From Myxococcota bacterium (GTDB lineage: Bacteria; Myxococcota; UBA4151), in assembly GCA_040260805.1 (NCBI GenBank), contig JBDQPD010000006.1, forward strand, positions 1 to 60,237: a stretch of DNA of 60,237 nucleotides. Reading direction: 5' to 3'. A program made the position numbers and the translations under genes. The notes beneath the pieces are model-generated. The model had not been told where the DNA came from, ran no database searches, and saw only the letters and a program-made list of their open reading frames with translations. Of this stretch, positions 48,331 to 58,300 are shown in pieces (the stretch's first letter is position 1; the number at the start of each line of letters is the position of its first letter).

Positions 48331-50154
48331 ATGATTCGTTGGCACCTACTCCCTCTTCTTAGCATCACTCTGGTTGCGACAGCGTGTGACCCACCCGACG
48401 GAACCGGCAGCAACGGTCGCTGCGGCGACGGCCTCAGGACCTCCGGCGAAGAGTGTGACGACGGCAACGCCATCGACGACGACGAATGCACCAACGCCTG
48501 CACCACCGCGACCTGCGGTGATGGGATCGCCCGTACCGACTTAGGTGAAGGCGTGATCGGCTCAGAAGCCTGCGACGACGGCAACGACTTTGACGGGGAC
48601 AGCTGCTTGACCAACTGCTCCCTCGCAGTCTGCGGTGATGGCATCTTACGGACCGACATCCCCGAGGGTGAAGAAGGTTACGAAGCCTGTGATGATGGCA
48701 ACGACGAACCCAACGACGAGTGCTCGAACGGCTGCGTTTTGCAGATCTGCGGTGACGGCATCATTCAACCCGAGCGCGGCGAGATCTGTGATGACGGCAA
48801 CGACTCGGACAACGACGCCTGCACCAACCGCTGCCGACCCGCCGGTTGCGGCGATGGGAGCGTCTTTGAGGGCCGAGAAGAATGTGATGACGGCAACCGT
48901 GACAACTTTGACGGCTGCCTCAACACCTGCACGGCTGCTCGATGCGGTGACGGCGCAGCGCGGATGGACCTGTCAGCGGGTGAAGAAGGCTACGAAGAAT
49001 GCGATGATGGCAACAGCGACTCCGACGACGCCTGCTTGACCACGTGCATCGCCGCTCGTTGCGGCGATGGTATCTACCGCCGCGACCTCAACCCGTCGCA
49101 TGAGGATTATGAAGAATGTGATGACGGAAACGATTCAGATGACGACGAATGTTCGACCGCCTGCGTCTCGCTCGGTTGCGGCAACGAGCGACTCAACGAT
49201 GGCGAAGAATGCGATGACGGTAACATCGAAGACGCCGATGCCTGTCGCAATGACTGCACCCTAGCGGTCTGCGGTGACGGCGTGATCCGCCGTGATCTAC
49301 AGCAAGGCGAAGAGGGCTATGAGGCTTGTGATGACGGCAACGACGTCCACACCGACGCCTGCCTGACCACCTGCCAGGTTGCGTTCTGCGGTGATGAGGT
49401 CGTCCGCACCGATCTCCTTGAGGGTGAAGAAGGGTCCGAGGTCTGTGATGACGGAAACCAGGCGGATAATGATGCCTGCGCCGGATGCCAACTGGCGGTC
49501 TGCGGCGACGGGTTTGTCCGTGAAGATGTCGCCGAGGGTGAAGCCGGCTTTGAGAGCTGCGACGACCAAAACGAGGTCGACACCGACGCCTGTCGAAACA
49601 ACTGCATCGAGGCGGTCTGCGGTGATGGTATTGTCCGAACGGATATCGCCGAAGGTCAAGCAGGTCATGAGGCCTGCGATGACGGCAATCAAGTCCCCGA
49701 CGACGAATGCGGCAACTCCTGCTACCCACCGGGGCAAGGCACCGAGTATCGAATGACCTTCCCGCAAGGGAGCGTCGGCGCAGCCCAGTGCAACCCATGG
49801 GTGGCGTGGAGAGCGACCCTCAACGCCGGTCAGGTCTACAACACGATCCGCTTTGGTCGTGAGGGTGGCGGTGAATCGGTCTGCAATGGCGCTCAAGCCA
49901 ACCAAATCTGCCAAGCGCTGCGCAGCGCTCAAGAAGTCAATGTGAACTGCGGTGGGGTGACCTGGGGCGTCCGGGCGCAATGCTCGGCGCAAGCTCAATG
50001 GAGACCGGAACCCGAGCTGCGCATCGGCAACACAGCCTGCAGCTGCACCGGGACGCGTGCGCTCAGGCCCTGCATCTACAATGCGAATTGGGGCGGCTAC
50101 GACCAACGCATCTGCAACGGCCCCGCTCAGCGCGTCTATGTGAGCTGTGAATAA
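48331..50154 (+). CDS. DUF4215 lipoprotein with C-terminal Cys-rich tip
   Basis: Lipobox ATAC; 12 repeats colinear with the upstream paralog; different C-terminus after CYPPG. Confidence 0.9.
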   Translation: MIRWHLLPLLSITLVATACDPPDGTGSNGRCGDGLRTSGEECDDGNAIDDDECTNACTTATCGDGIARTDLGEGVIGSEACDDGNDFDGDSCLTNCSLAVCGDGILRTDIPEGEEGYEACDDGNDEPNDECSNGCVLQICGDGIIQPERGEICDDGNDSDNDACTNRCRPAGCGDGSVFEGREECDDGNRDNFDGCLNTCTAARCGDGAARMDLSAGEEGYEECDDGNSDSDDACLTTCIAARCGDGIYRRDLNPSHEDYEECDDGNDSDDDECSTACVSLGCGNERLNDGEECDDGNIEDADACRNDCTLAVCGDGVIRRDLQQGEEGYEACDDGNDVHTDACLTTCQVAFCGDEVVRTDLLEGEEGSEVCDDGNQADNDACAGCQLAVCGDGFVREDVAEGEAGFESCDDQNEVDTDACRNNCIEAVCGDGIVRTDIAEGQAGHEACDDGNQVPDDECGNSCYPPGQGTEYRMTFPQGSVGAAQCNPWVAWRATLNAGQVYNTIRFGREGGGESVCNGAQANQICQALRSAQEVNVNCGGVTWGVRAQCSAQAQWRPEPELRIGNTACSCTGTRALRPCIYNANWGGYDQRICNGPAQRVYVSCE

Positions 50155-50210
50155 GCGCCGATCGCTTGCGCCTTGAGTTTTTGCGGTTAGGGTAGCGCCA
50201 GGAGGGTGCC

Positions 50211-50960
50211 ATGCGTCTCGCTTTAGTAGCTAGTCTGGGTTTGATCGCTTGCGGTCCACCGGGGTCATCTGACCGAGCCGGCGATGGCTCATCAGCCCCC
50301 GTCAGCCCCACCTGCCTTGACCTCAGCGGCGACGGCTCGTGCGACCTAGAGCTCGACGCCGACTGCATGAACGGTGAGAACGCTGCGGATGACGCAGAGC
50401 GCCAAGAAGCTTGCATCTTGATGGCGCTCGCCAACCGAGACCGAAGGCTCTTCGTCGAAGAGTCAGCGAACGCGCCGGACCTGATCTGGGATGAACGCCT
50501 TTGGCATGTGGCGAAAGGGCATGTCGACGACATGTGCGCCCGGGACTATTTTGAACACGTCACCCCCGAAGGGCTCTCGCCTACTGACCGCTCCAACCTG
50601 CTCGGTTACGATTTCAGCGTGGCGGAGAACATTGTGGTGAGTGGATCATCCTACAAGAGTCACTTTTTGTGGATGGATGAGCCGACCTGCACGGGGCACC
50701 GAGGCAACATCCTCAACCCGCAAAATCGACGGGTCGGGGTGGCGGTCATTCGCTGCGACCGCGGCCAATGGCAAGGCATGTTGATGGGCGTTCAAAACTT
50801 TCACATGAACCACTCGGTCCAGCAGTCGAGCTACTGCATGAGCGAAGCGACCGCATGCGAAATGCCGCCGGCTCCGGTCAGCGTGGCTGCCGACTTTTGC
50901 AACAACTGCCCACCCAACGGCGAAGACATGTTGCCTGAGTGGAATTGCCCAGACGACTAG
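50211..50960 (+). CDS. CAP (SCP-like) domain lipoprotein
   Basis: Lipobox LIAC; HVDDM-x-x-RDYFEH, AENI, GHRGNILN. Confidence 0.85.
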   Translation: MRLALVASLGLIACGPPGSSDRAGDGSSAPVSPTCLDLSGDGSCDLELDADCMNGENAADDAERQEACILMALANRDRRLFVEESANAPDLIWDERLWHVAKGHVDDMCARDYFEHVTPEGLSPTDRSNLLGYDFSVAENIVVSGSSYKSHFLWMDEPTCTGHRGNILNPQNRRVGVAVIRCDRGQWQGMLMGVQNFHMNHSVQQSSYCMSEATACEMPPAPVSVAADFCNNCPPNGEDMLPEWNCPDD

Positions 50961-51532
50961 CGCACCACCTGAAAGGCGATCAACGCCCAGAAGACTAAGG
51001 TACCCCAGCGAAAGCCCAAGCCGAACACGGCAAAGAGCCAGGCAAAGAAGCTCGCAGCGCTCACGCCCAAGCCCATCCCAAAACTGAGCAAGAGCTGATG
51101 CGGCCAGGCGAGCTCTGTCCAGGGCAGACCACGCACGGCGTGACCGAGCGCCACGACGCCAGCTAAGCCACCAACGAAGACGAGCAAGAACACCTTTCGC
51201 AGGCGCTCCATGAGCGCCTTGAGCTGCGGCGGCGCGACAAAGCGCACCTGAACACCCGGTGGCACGCGTCCACCAAAGGGGTCTTGTCCGGGCGTCGCCC
51301 ATGGACCGCCAGCGCCTTGGGTCGCCGCTTCGGGCCAAGGCGAAGCTTGGCGCTGCGGCGTCGGCTTGGTCAGCATCTCATAGGCTTGGCGTACGCGCTG
51401 AAAGCGTTCGGCTGCCTGGTCATCATCGGGGTTTCGGTCCGGGTGGTGCTCAGCGGCTAAGCGACGATAGGCTCGCCGAATCTCTTCGGCAGAAGCCGAC
51501 TCCTCTAGACCGAGCTCATGCCAAGGGTTCAC
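50957..51532 (-). CDS. J-domain (DnaJ-like) membrane protein
   Basis: IRRAYRRLAAEHHPDRN; C-terminal TM helices. Confidence 0.88.
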   Translation of the reverse strand: MNPWHELGLEESASAEEIRRAYRRLAAEHHPDRNPDDDQAAERFQRVRQAYEMLTKPTPQRQASPWPEAATQGAGGPWATPGQDPFGGRVPPGVQVRFVAPPQLKALMERLRKVFLLVFVGGLAGVVALGHAVRGLPWTELAWPHQLLLSFGMGLGVSAASFFAWLFAVFGLGFRWGTLVFWALIAFQVVR

Positions 51533-51535
51533 CGC

Positions 51536-51934
51536 TTAGTCCTCTGGACGAAAGACCATCGAGGCGCTGTTGATGCAATAACGTAAGCCCGTGGGCGCCG
51601 GACCATCATTAAAGACATGCCCTAAGTGCCCACCGCAGCGGTCACACAACACCTCGGTGCGGGTCATGAACAAACTTCGGTCGGCTTCTTCACGGATCGT
51701 TCCTTCGCCATCGGCGGCGTAAAAGCTAGGCCATCCGCAACCGCTATCAAACTTGGTCGAGTGGGTGAACAGCTCGGTCTGGCATCCTGCACAGACGTAC
51801 GCCCCGGCGCGATGTTCATTCCAGGTCTCGCCGGTAAAGGCGCGCTCGGTCCCCTTGTTTCGGAGCACCTCATATTGCATCGGCGTCAGCAGGGCTCGCC
51901 ATTCATCATCGCTGCGTTTGATCTCGTCGCTCAT
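51536..51934 (-). CDS. msrB: Peptide methionine-R-sulfoxide reductase
   Basis: GTERAF, CAGC, KFDSGCGWPSF, RTEV-x-CDRCGGHLGHVF-x-DGP, RYCINS; start MSDEIKR. Confidence 0.97.
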   Translation of the reverse strand: MSDEIKRSDDEWRALLTPMQYEVLRNKGTERAFTGETWNEHRAGAYVCAGCQTELFTHSTKFDSGCGWPSFYAADGEGTIREEADRSLFMTRTEVLCDRCGGHLGHVFNDGPAPTGLRYCINSASMVFRPED

Positions 51935-51941
51935 TAGATCC

Positions 51942-52601
51942 TCACCAAGGAAGAAGGTCCCCATTAGCATGACGAAACACGGGCTCTTCACCGGCTACCG
52001 CTTCGTCAATTCGAGCGAGCAGACCGCTCGCCGCTTCATCAGGCTCAATATAGCCATTAAACCCGGTCATGCCCGTTCGCACAAAACCAGGGTGCAAGAT
52101 CGCAACGGCGACGCCCCGAGGCGCTAGATCTCGAGCGAGCGACACCCCCATCATATTCGCCGCCGCTTTGGTCATGCGGTAGCCATAGCGTGAACCTGAA
52201 GTGTTGTCGGCGAGGGAGCCCATTCGGCTCGTGATCAGCGCCACTTTGGCGCCCTCGGCGAGCTGATCAAGCAAGGCGTTCGTCAGCGCTAACGGCGCCA
52301 GCGCGTTGATCTCAAACTGGCGACGAATCGCGTCCAGATTGGGTTCTTCTAAGGTCTCTTTGGTCAGCAATCCGGCGTTGTTGATCAACAGATCAATGGG
52401 CGCATCGATCGCCTGCTTGAGCCGCTCAAGACCAGCATCGGAGGTGAGCTCCACGCCCTCGACGAGGTCAGCGCCCGAGGCGCGCAGCTCATCACTCGCT
52501 TGGCGGCAAGCCGCAAGAACTCGCCAGTCTTTGGCGAGCAACTGAAGGGTCAACTGCAACCCGATGCCGCGATTGGCTCCGGTGACGACGGCGTAACTCA
52601 T
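51942..52601 (-). CDS. SDR oxidoreductase, CsgA/C-factor-like
   Basis: TGANRGIG, NNAG, TSRMGS, YRMTKAA, HPGFVRT. Confidence 0.88.
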   Translation of the reverse strand: MSYAVVTGANRGIGLQLTLQLLAKDWRVLAACRQASDELRASGADLVEGVELTSDAGLERLKQAIDAPIDLLINNAGLLTKETLEEPNLDAIRRQFEINALAPLALTNALLDQLAEGAKVALITSRMGSLADNTSGSRYGYRMTKAAANMMGVSLARDLAPRGVAVAILHPGFVRTGMTGFNGYIEPDEAASGLLARIDEAVAGEEPVFRHANGDLLPW

Positions 52602-52738
52602 GACTGATGCTCCGAAATTTCAGGGGTAAGCGATGCCCGACTCTTGACCTAAATCCTCGCCATAGATCAACTCATCAGCCTCAAAATCAGCCCCTTATGT
52701 TCTGCCCTTGGAGCCTCGCTGAGTTGGCTCGAAGCGCA

Positions 52739-55306
52739 TCAAAGAGACAATTCAACTTGAGTCCCCGTGACGACGACCAAAACTTCTCCATCCGAAACCA
52801 CCTGACAATGCAGCGCACAAGTCCAAGGGTCCTCGGCCGCCTCTAAAGCCACGATTTGACCATCGCTGAGGACTTCTAGCGTACCGGCGCTCGCCGCATC
52901 CATGATCACTCGGATCACCACCTGACGCGCCTCAGGCTGCTCGACGGTGACCTTTAAGCCATCAACGACAGGCGCTTGAGCGAGCGTGGTCCCGTCGGCG
53001 AGCACCAAACGATCGGCTGGTCCCGGACTGGTCCGAAGCTCCCAAGCTTTTCCGACCGAGCTTGGATCGGCGACCTCGCTGTGCGCCGCCTCCACTGCGG
53101 TCATCAGCTCAGGGTGTGCGAGCGCAATCACCGAGCCGGCGCGCTGGTATAAAGGCATCGTATCGAGCGGCGCATCGACCTCATGCACGCCGCCCTCTAA
53201 GCTCTGCTGTGGTCGCCACCAATCGATCCAGCGGCCTTCGGGCAGCGCCAACGAGCGGCGGGTGGCGCCGGCTTCAACCACCGGGGCGGCGAGCAAGCGA
53301 TCGCCAAAGATAAAGGTGTTGATGTCGGCCCATGCGGCTTCGGTTCCCGCGACCACACCGACGGGCAACAAGGGCGGATGCCCAGTGGTCACAGCCCGTT
53401 TGATCATCGCCTCTAACGTGGGAAGCAAGCGCATGTGTAAGCGAGCGTAGCGCCGATAGATCGGAATCGCGACCTCAGTGTCGTAGCGCTCATCCCACGG
53501 GAAATGGGTGGCGTCACCGGTCCCGCCGCCGCCGAGCTGCATGACCGTGGAGAGCGCGCCAAACTGAGCCCAGCGGAGCAAGACCTCCGTGTTGGGCGTC
53601 CCGCCACGGTAACCCCCAATATCGGATCCATAGAGCGGGTAGCCGGACAAGGTGACGCTCAAGCCACCGCTGATCGCTCCAGGCAAGCCGCCGATGCTGA
53701 CTCGGCCGTCTTCCTTGACCACCCCAGCGGGCTCAAAATCGTTCTCGAGGTCGCCAGGCCAGATCGTCGTGCCGTTGCGCTGATCGTAGATTCCGCCGGT
53801 TCGAGTGATCACATACCAATCATCGGGGTGCTCTTCTTGGAGCACTCGAATCATCGCTTCATGAAACAAACGGGCGTATCGAGTGTGCTGAACTTCGGTG
53901 TTGGTGCCATCCGCAAAGATGGGGGTATCGTTGTGCGCAATACCCAGCAGGTCGGGTCTCATCGACTCGCAGAAGTCGAGCTTAAAGCCGCGAATCCCCA
54001 TGCGCATGATCGGTCGCGCAAGCTCACCGTACGCAGCGAAGGCATCAGGATGAGTAAAGTCTGCAAAACCGCCAAATCCGCGCCCCCAAGGAAACTCAAA
54101 AGGCGAACCTTCACGAGTTTTGACCAACCACTCTCGATCACGCCACTCCTCAAACAGCTCCTTGCTGCCAAAGGGTGGCATGCCAAACTGCTGGTCTTCA
54201 TCGTTGGACGAATTAATCTGCTCGGTCGCCCACACGATCGTGCGAAACCCAAGCGCTTCGGCTTCGGCTAACATCGCCTCGGGGTTGGGAAACTGGGCTT
54301 CATTGAACTCAAAGGTGTTGTAGCCCTTCGACCAAGGCGCATCGATCCATAAGACCGAGCCGGGGATCCCGAGCTCGCGCAGGGTGCGTGCGTCGTCTAA
54401 GAAGCGATCTTGACCGCTGCGGGTCACCTCACCATCGACCACGTCCAGATCGAGCTCATTACGCCACGCCTGAGGGGTAAGCACCCACCGAGGCGGCATC
54501 GGGGGCAAACCCGCTCTCCGGGCATGAGCCGACGCATTGGCGACAATACCGTCGAGTCGAAGCCGCAAGTTCATCGTCTTACCCTGAGCGCGCAACACCA
54601 TCTGACCGGCGTTCGAGGAGCCCATGTCCAAAGCGGCGACGCGTTCGGTCTCGAGCCAAACACCCAACCCTTCGGTGGTTGCGATAAAGGGTACCGGAGC
54701 GTGCTTTTCGTTAAGTCCACTCTCGGTATTCGCCGGCGCCTGAAAATAGATCGGTGTGACTCGACCCATTAAATCAACGCCTTCAAAAACCTCGCCGGCG
54801 CCCACAGCATGAACATCAGCGTCTGCAGGGAGCACAAAACACGTCGAGATTAAGGCGACCAACTCATCGGGTTGCTCGAGCTCAAAATCAGCGTCAACAA
54901 AGCCCTGCGCGCCGAGCTTCATGGTCAAGGTCGCTTGAGCCGACTCGCTCCCATCATCCGAGCGCAGGCTCAACCGCCATTGGTGATCGCCGATACGCTC
55001 GGACGCGCGCAGATGCATCCAGACCAAATCCTCAGGCGGCGCATCGGGTGCATGAAAACGCCGAGGGTCGGTTCCAACTGGCCTCAGGGCCGCGGAAAAA
55101 GCGGTGCAATCGTCCTCAACCCCGGAGCGTACTTCCCAGCCGTCAAGATGAGACAACTGCAGCCCACCCGAAGCCTCCTCAAAGCGCACCTGAGTTCCGT
55201 TATCACTCAGCAAAACCGAAGGAATTGGATCCTCTTGTCCACAGTCCGAGCAACCACCCAACAGCACAAAGCATCCGACCAGCCAACGCATGAGCGTCTC
55301 CCTCAT
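52739..55306 (-). CDS. Glycoside hydrolase family 31 lipoprotein
   Basis: Lipobox LGGC; WIDAPW, GFKLDFCE (nucleophile), WPGD (acid/base), SDIGGY, RWAQFG. Confidence 0.88.
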   Translation of the reverse strand: MRETLMRWLVGCFVLLGGCSDCGQEDPIPSVLLSDNGTQVRFEEASGGLQLSHLDGWEVRSGVEDDCTAFSAALRPVGTDPRRFHAPDAPPEDLVWMHLRASERIGDHQWRLSLRSDDGSESAQATLTMKLGAQGFVDADFELEQPDELVALISTCFVLPADADVHAVGAGEVFEGVDLMGRVTPIYFQAPANTESGLNEKHAPVPFIATTEGLGVWLETERVAALDMGSSNAGQMVLRAQGKTMNLRLRLDGIVANASAHARRAGLPPMPPRWVLTPQAWRNELDLDVVDGEVTRSGQDRFLDDARTLRELGIPGSVLWIDAPWSKGYNTFEFNEAQFPNPEAMLAEAEALGFRTIVWATEQINSSNDEDQQFGMPPFGSKELFEEWRDREWLVKTREGSPFEFPWGRGFGGFADFTHPDAFAAYGELARPIMRMGIRGFKLDFCESMRPDLLGIAHNDTPIFADGTNTEVQHTRYARLFHEAMIRVLQEEHPDDWYVITRTGGIYDQRNGTTIWPGDLENDFEPAGVVKEDGRVSIGGLPGAISGGLSVTLSGYPLYGSDIGGYRGGTPNTEVLLRWAQFGALSTVMQLGGGGTGDATHFPWDERYDTEVAIPIYRRYARLHMRLLPTLEAMIKRAVTTGHPPLLPVGVVAGTEAAWADINTFIFGDRLLAAPVVEAGATRRSLALPEGRWIDWWRPQQSLEGGVHEVDAPLDTMPLYQRAGSVIALAHPELMTAVEAAHSEVADPSSVGKAWELRTSPGPADRLVLADGTTLAQAPVVDGLKVTVEQPEARQVVIRVIMDAASAGTLEVLSDGQIVALEAAEDPWTCALHCQVVSDGEVLVVVTGTQVELSL

Positions 55307-55376
55307 CGATCAACATCCTCTCATGCAATCGGCTGGCCGACTTCACAACGGACGTTTGCCGGGCTAACGGGCCAGG

Positions 55377-58300
55377 GTGCATTCTCTCGGCCCTTTTGAT
55401 TTAATTGAACCCATTGGTGAGGGCGGTATGGGTACCGTCTGGCGCGGCGTGCATCGTGCGCAGCAGTTACCCGTTGCGGTTAAGTTCGTGCTCTCCAAGG
55501 AGGTCGCCACGGACAACCTGATGGAGCGCTTTGCCGATGAGGTGCGTGCGGTAGCGGGTCTAGAGCATTCAGGCATCGTGACCGTGTTCGATTACGGCCG
55601 AGTGCCCAAGGCTCTCGAGGAGTCGACCAACGGCCTGCTGGTCGCTGACTCCCCATGGCTCGCTATGGAATTGATCAGCGGGGGGACGCTGCGGACCGCT
55701 GCGCCCAAAAGCTGGGAAGAACTGCGTCGCTGCTTGAACTCGATTCTAGAGGCGCTAGGCTCGGCTCACGCACGCGGCATTCTGCACCGTGATCTCAAGC
55801 CAGACAACGTCTTGTTCGCCTCCACTAAAGACCTGCGAGAAGGGCTGCGATTGGTCGATTTTGGTTTGGCATTTCTAGACGAAGGTCAAGGCGAGGCTAA
55901 CGAGCACAAAGCGGCGGGTACGCCGCGCTACATGGCGCCTGAGCAGCTGCTATCGCATTGGCGGGACTTCGGCCCGTGGACTGATCTGTACGCGCTGGGT
56001 TGCTTAGGGTGGCAATTAGCGACGGGCGCAACCCCGTTTCAAAACATGCGTGACTTTCGCCAACTTCTGCGGGCTCATCTGCATCTCGCTCCGCCAGCTT
56101 TCCGCCCGTTATATAAGGTCCCCGAGGGCTTAGAGGGTTGGTTGCGCACGCTGCTCGCAAAGCGGCGTTCCGACCGATTCCCTTTTGCTGCTGATGCGCT
56201 CAATGCGCTGCAAGCGCTGGAGCAGGGCGAAACGCTTGAAGAGAAGATGGAGGTCGAACCCAGCGCCGCGATTGACGACCTTGACCTGACCATCGCCGAG
56301 GTGCCGTCTGCGGCTACGGTTGCGCTCGGTGCCGACCCGACCCTAGCGGACGATCAAACGGCGCCGAGCCTCGAGATCAAAACCGTTGATATCCCCGCTC
56401 TTGAGGTCCCCGAACCACTGATCACCAGCCTCGACGAGACGATCCCTGAGATGCCGGATGATTGGGCACGTGACGGAGAGGACCAAGCGCGCTTACAGAT
56501 GCTCGGCGTGGGGCTCGGTTTGTTTGGTCTAAGGCACACCAGCTTGGTCGGGCGAAAGTCTGAACGCTCCGCCCTTTGGCAGGCGCTCAAGCAGGTCCGA
56601 AAAAGCGGCAAGCCGAAGCTTGTCTTGCTCAGCGGTGGTCCGGGGAGTGGTAAATCTCGCCTCGCCGACTGGATGAGTCACCGCAGTCATGAAACCGGCG
56701 CCGCGATCACCCTTCGATGCAACCACGACCCTCAGGGCAACTCGAAAGGCGGCCTGCAGGGGATGGTCAATCGCTACCTGCACACGTCAGGTCTGTCGCG
56801 TGAAGAGCTCGAAGACCGAGTGGCGAAACAGCTCGACCGCCAGGGCGTCGCTGATGCCTTTGAGCTCCGAGCGCTGTGTGACTTTCTCGACGCCGAGTCC
56901 GAAGGCAGCCTGACCGACTTATCGATGAGTATTAAGTTTCAAACGCCCGAAGAGCGCATGGCGCTAATGCTTCGTTTCTTGAAGCGCTGCGCGGCGCGAC
57001 GGCCGGTCGTGCTGTGGATGGATGATGTGCAATGGGGCGATGAGGCCCTATTCTTAGCCCGTAGCCTTCAATCGCTCGCCGATGATGAGCGGCTGCCGGT
57101 CTTGGTGCTCATGACCCTGCGTGATGATCTGATCGAAGATCGGCCGCTCGAGCACCAGCTGCTCAGTGAGCTCAATCACGACGCCATGCTCAAGTTGCCG
57201 ATTCGACCCTTGCCGGATGTCGACCAAGTTGCGCTGGTTGAAGACATGCTGGGTCTAGAGCCCAAGCTCGCCCGGCGTGTCGTCGCCCGAAGCCAGGGAA
57301 ACCCCTTGTTCGCTGTCCAGCTGGTGGGCGACTGGGTTCAGCGCGGCGTGCTGCAGATCAGCACCTCTGGGTTCATCCTCAAGCCCGGCACTCGCGCCGT
57401 GATCCCGCAGAGCATCGCTCAGGTTTGGAACGAAAGGATCGATGCGTTGCTGCGGGAACTTCCTGCAGGCAGCGAACAGGTGCTAGAACTCGGCGCAACC
57501 TTGGGTCTTGAGGTGGATCGCGGCGAGTGGGAGCAAGTCTGCGCGCTCGAGGGCTTCGAACTTCAAAGCTCGCTCGTCGAAGGCTTACTCAAACGACGCA
57601 TGGCAGAGCACAATGGAACGCTGAGCGGACTGCGGCACGCCCACGGGATGCTGCGTGAAGCGCTGATGAACAGAGCCAGCGCCGCAGGTCGGCTGAAACA
57701 GCATCACAAAGTATGCGCCCAAATGCTTGCCGATAAGAAGTCACAGCTTGGCATCTCCGAACGCCAAGCTCGGCACCTCATCGCCGCCGGGTTGCACTTC
57801 GATGCGCTTGTCCCCTTACTCACCGCCGCCTCAGAGCGCCGCGCCTCGAGTGATTTACGGCAAGCTATTCGACTCCTTGATATTCATGAGAAAGCCGCCA
57901 ACCTCGAGCAGCTACCGCTCGATGATGACTACCGGTTACGGGCTCAAATTTTGCGTTCGGAAATTCTGAGCATCATGGGCAACACGGTGGAGAGCGGCGA
58001 GATCGCTCAGACGACCCTGGATTTAGCCAGGAAACTTGATCAGCGTTATCTGATCGGGGCGTCGTTGCGTGTGCTTGGGGTATCCACCATGCGATCCGGT
58101 CACACTCAAGAGGCATGGGAGATGTTCGAAGAGGCGCTCTCCCATCTGGAGTCGATACAAGCCGATGATCTGGTGGTGCAAACCCACCTCAATCTGCTGA
58201 ACCTCTCGCGTCATCTGGGCTGGTGGGATCAAGCAAAGACGCACGCTGAAGACAGCCTGCGTAGCGCTGAAGAGCTTAAATCAGACCTGCTCATTGGTAA

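Noticed and set aside
46195..49734. Repeated TGCGATGACGGCAAC-like units as a CRISPR or DGR array
   Set aside because: They are in-frame codons of CDDGN protein repeats with synonymous variation; no cas or reverse transcriptase gene is present.
51942..52601. Calling this gene csgA (developmental C-signal)
   Set aside because: The SDR subfamily is widespread, and orthology cannot be established from motifs alone.
52602..52738. Possible ncRNA or fluoride riboswitch between GH31 and the SDR
   Set aside because: Only a partial GCTGATGA match, without the 5' GGCGATGG element or a supporting fold.
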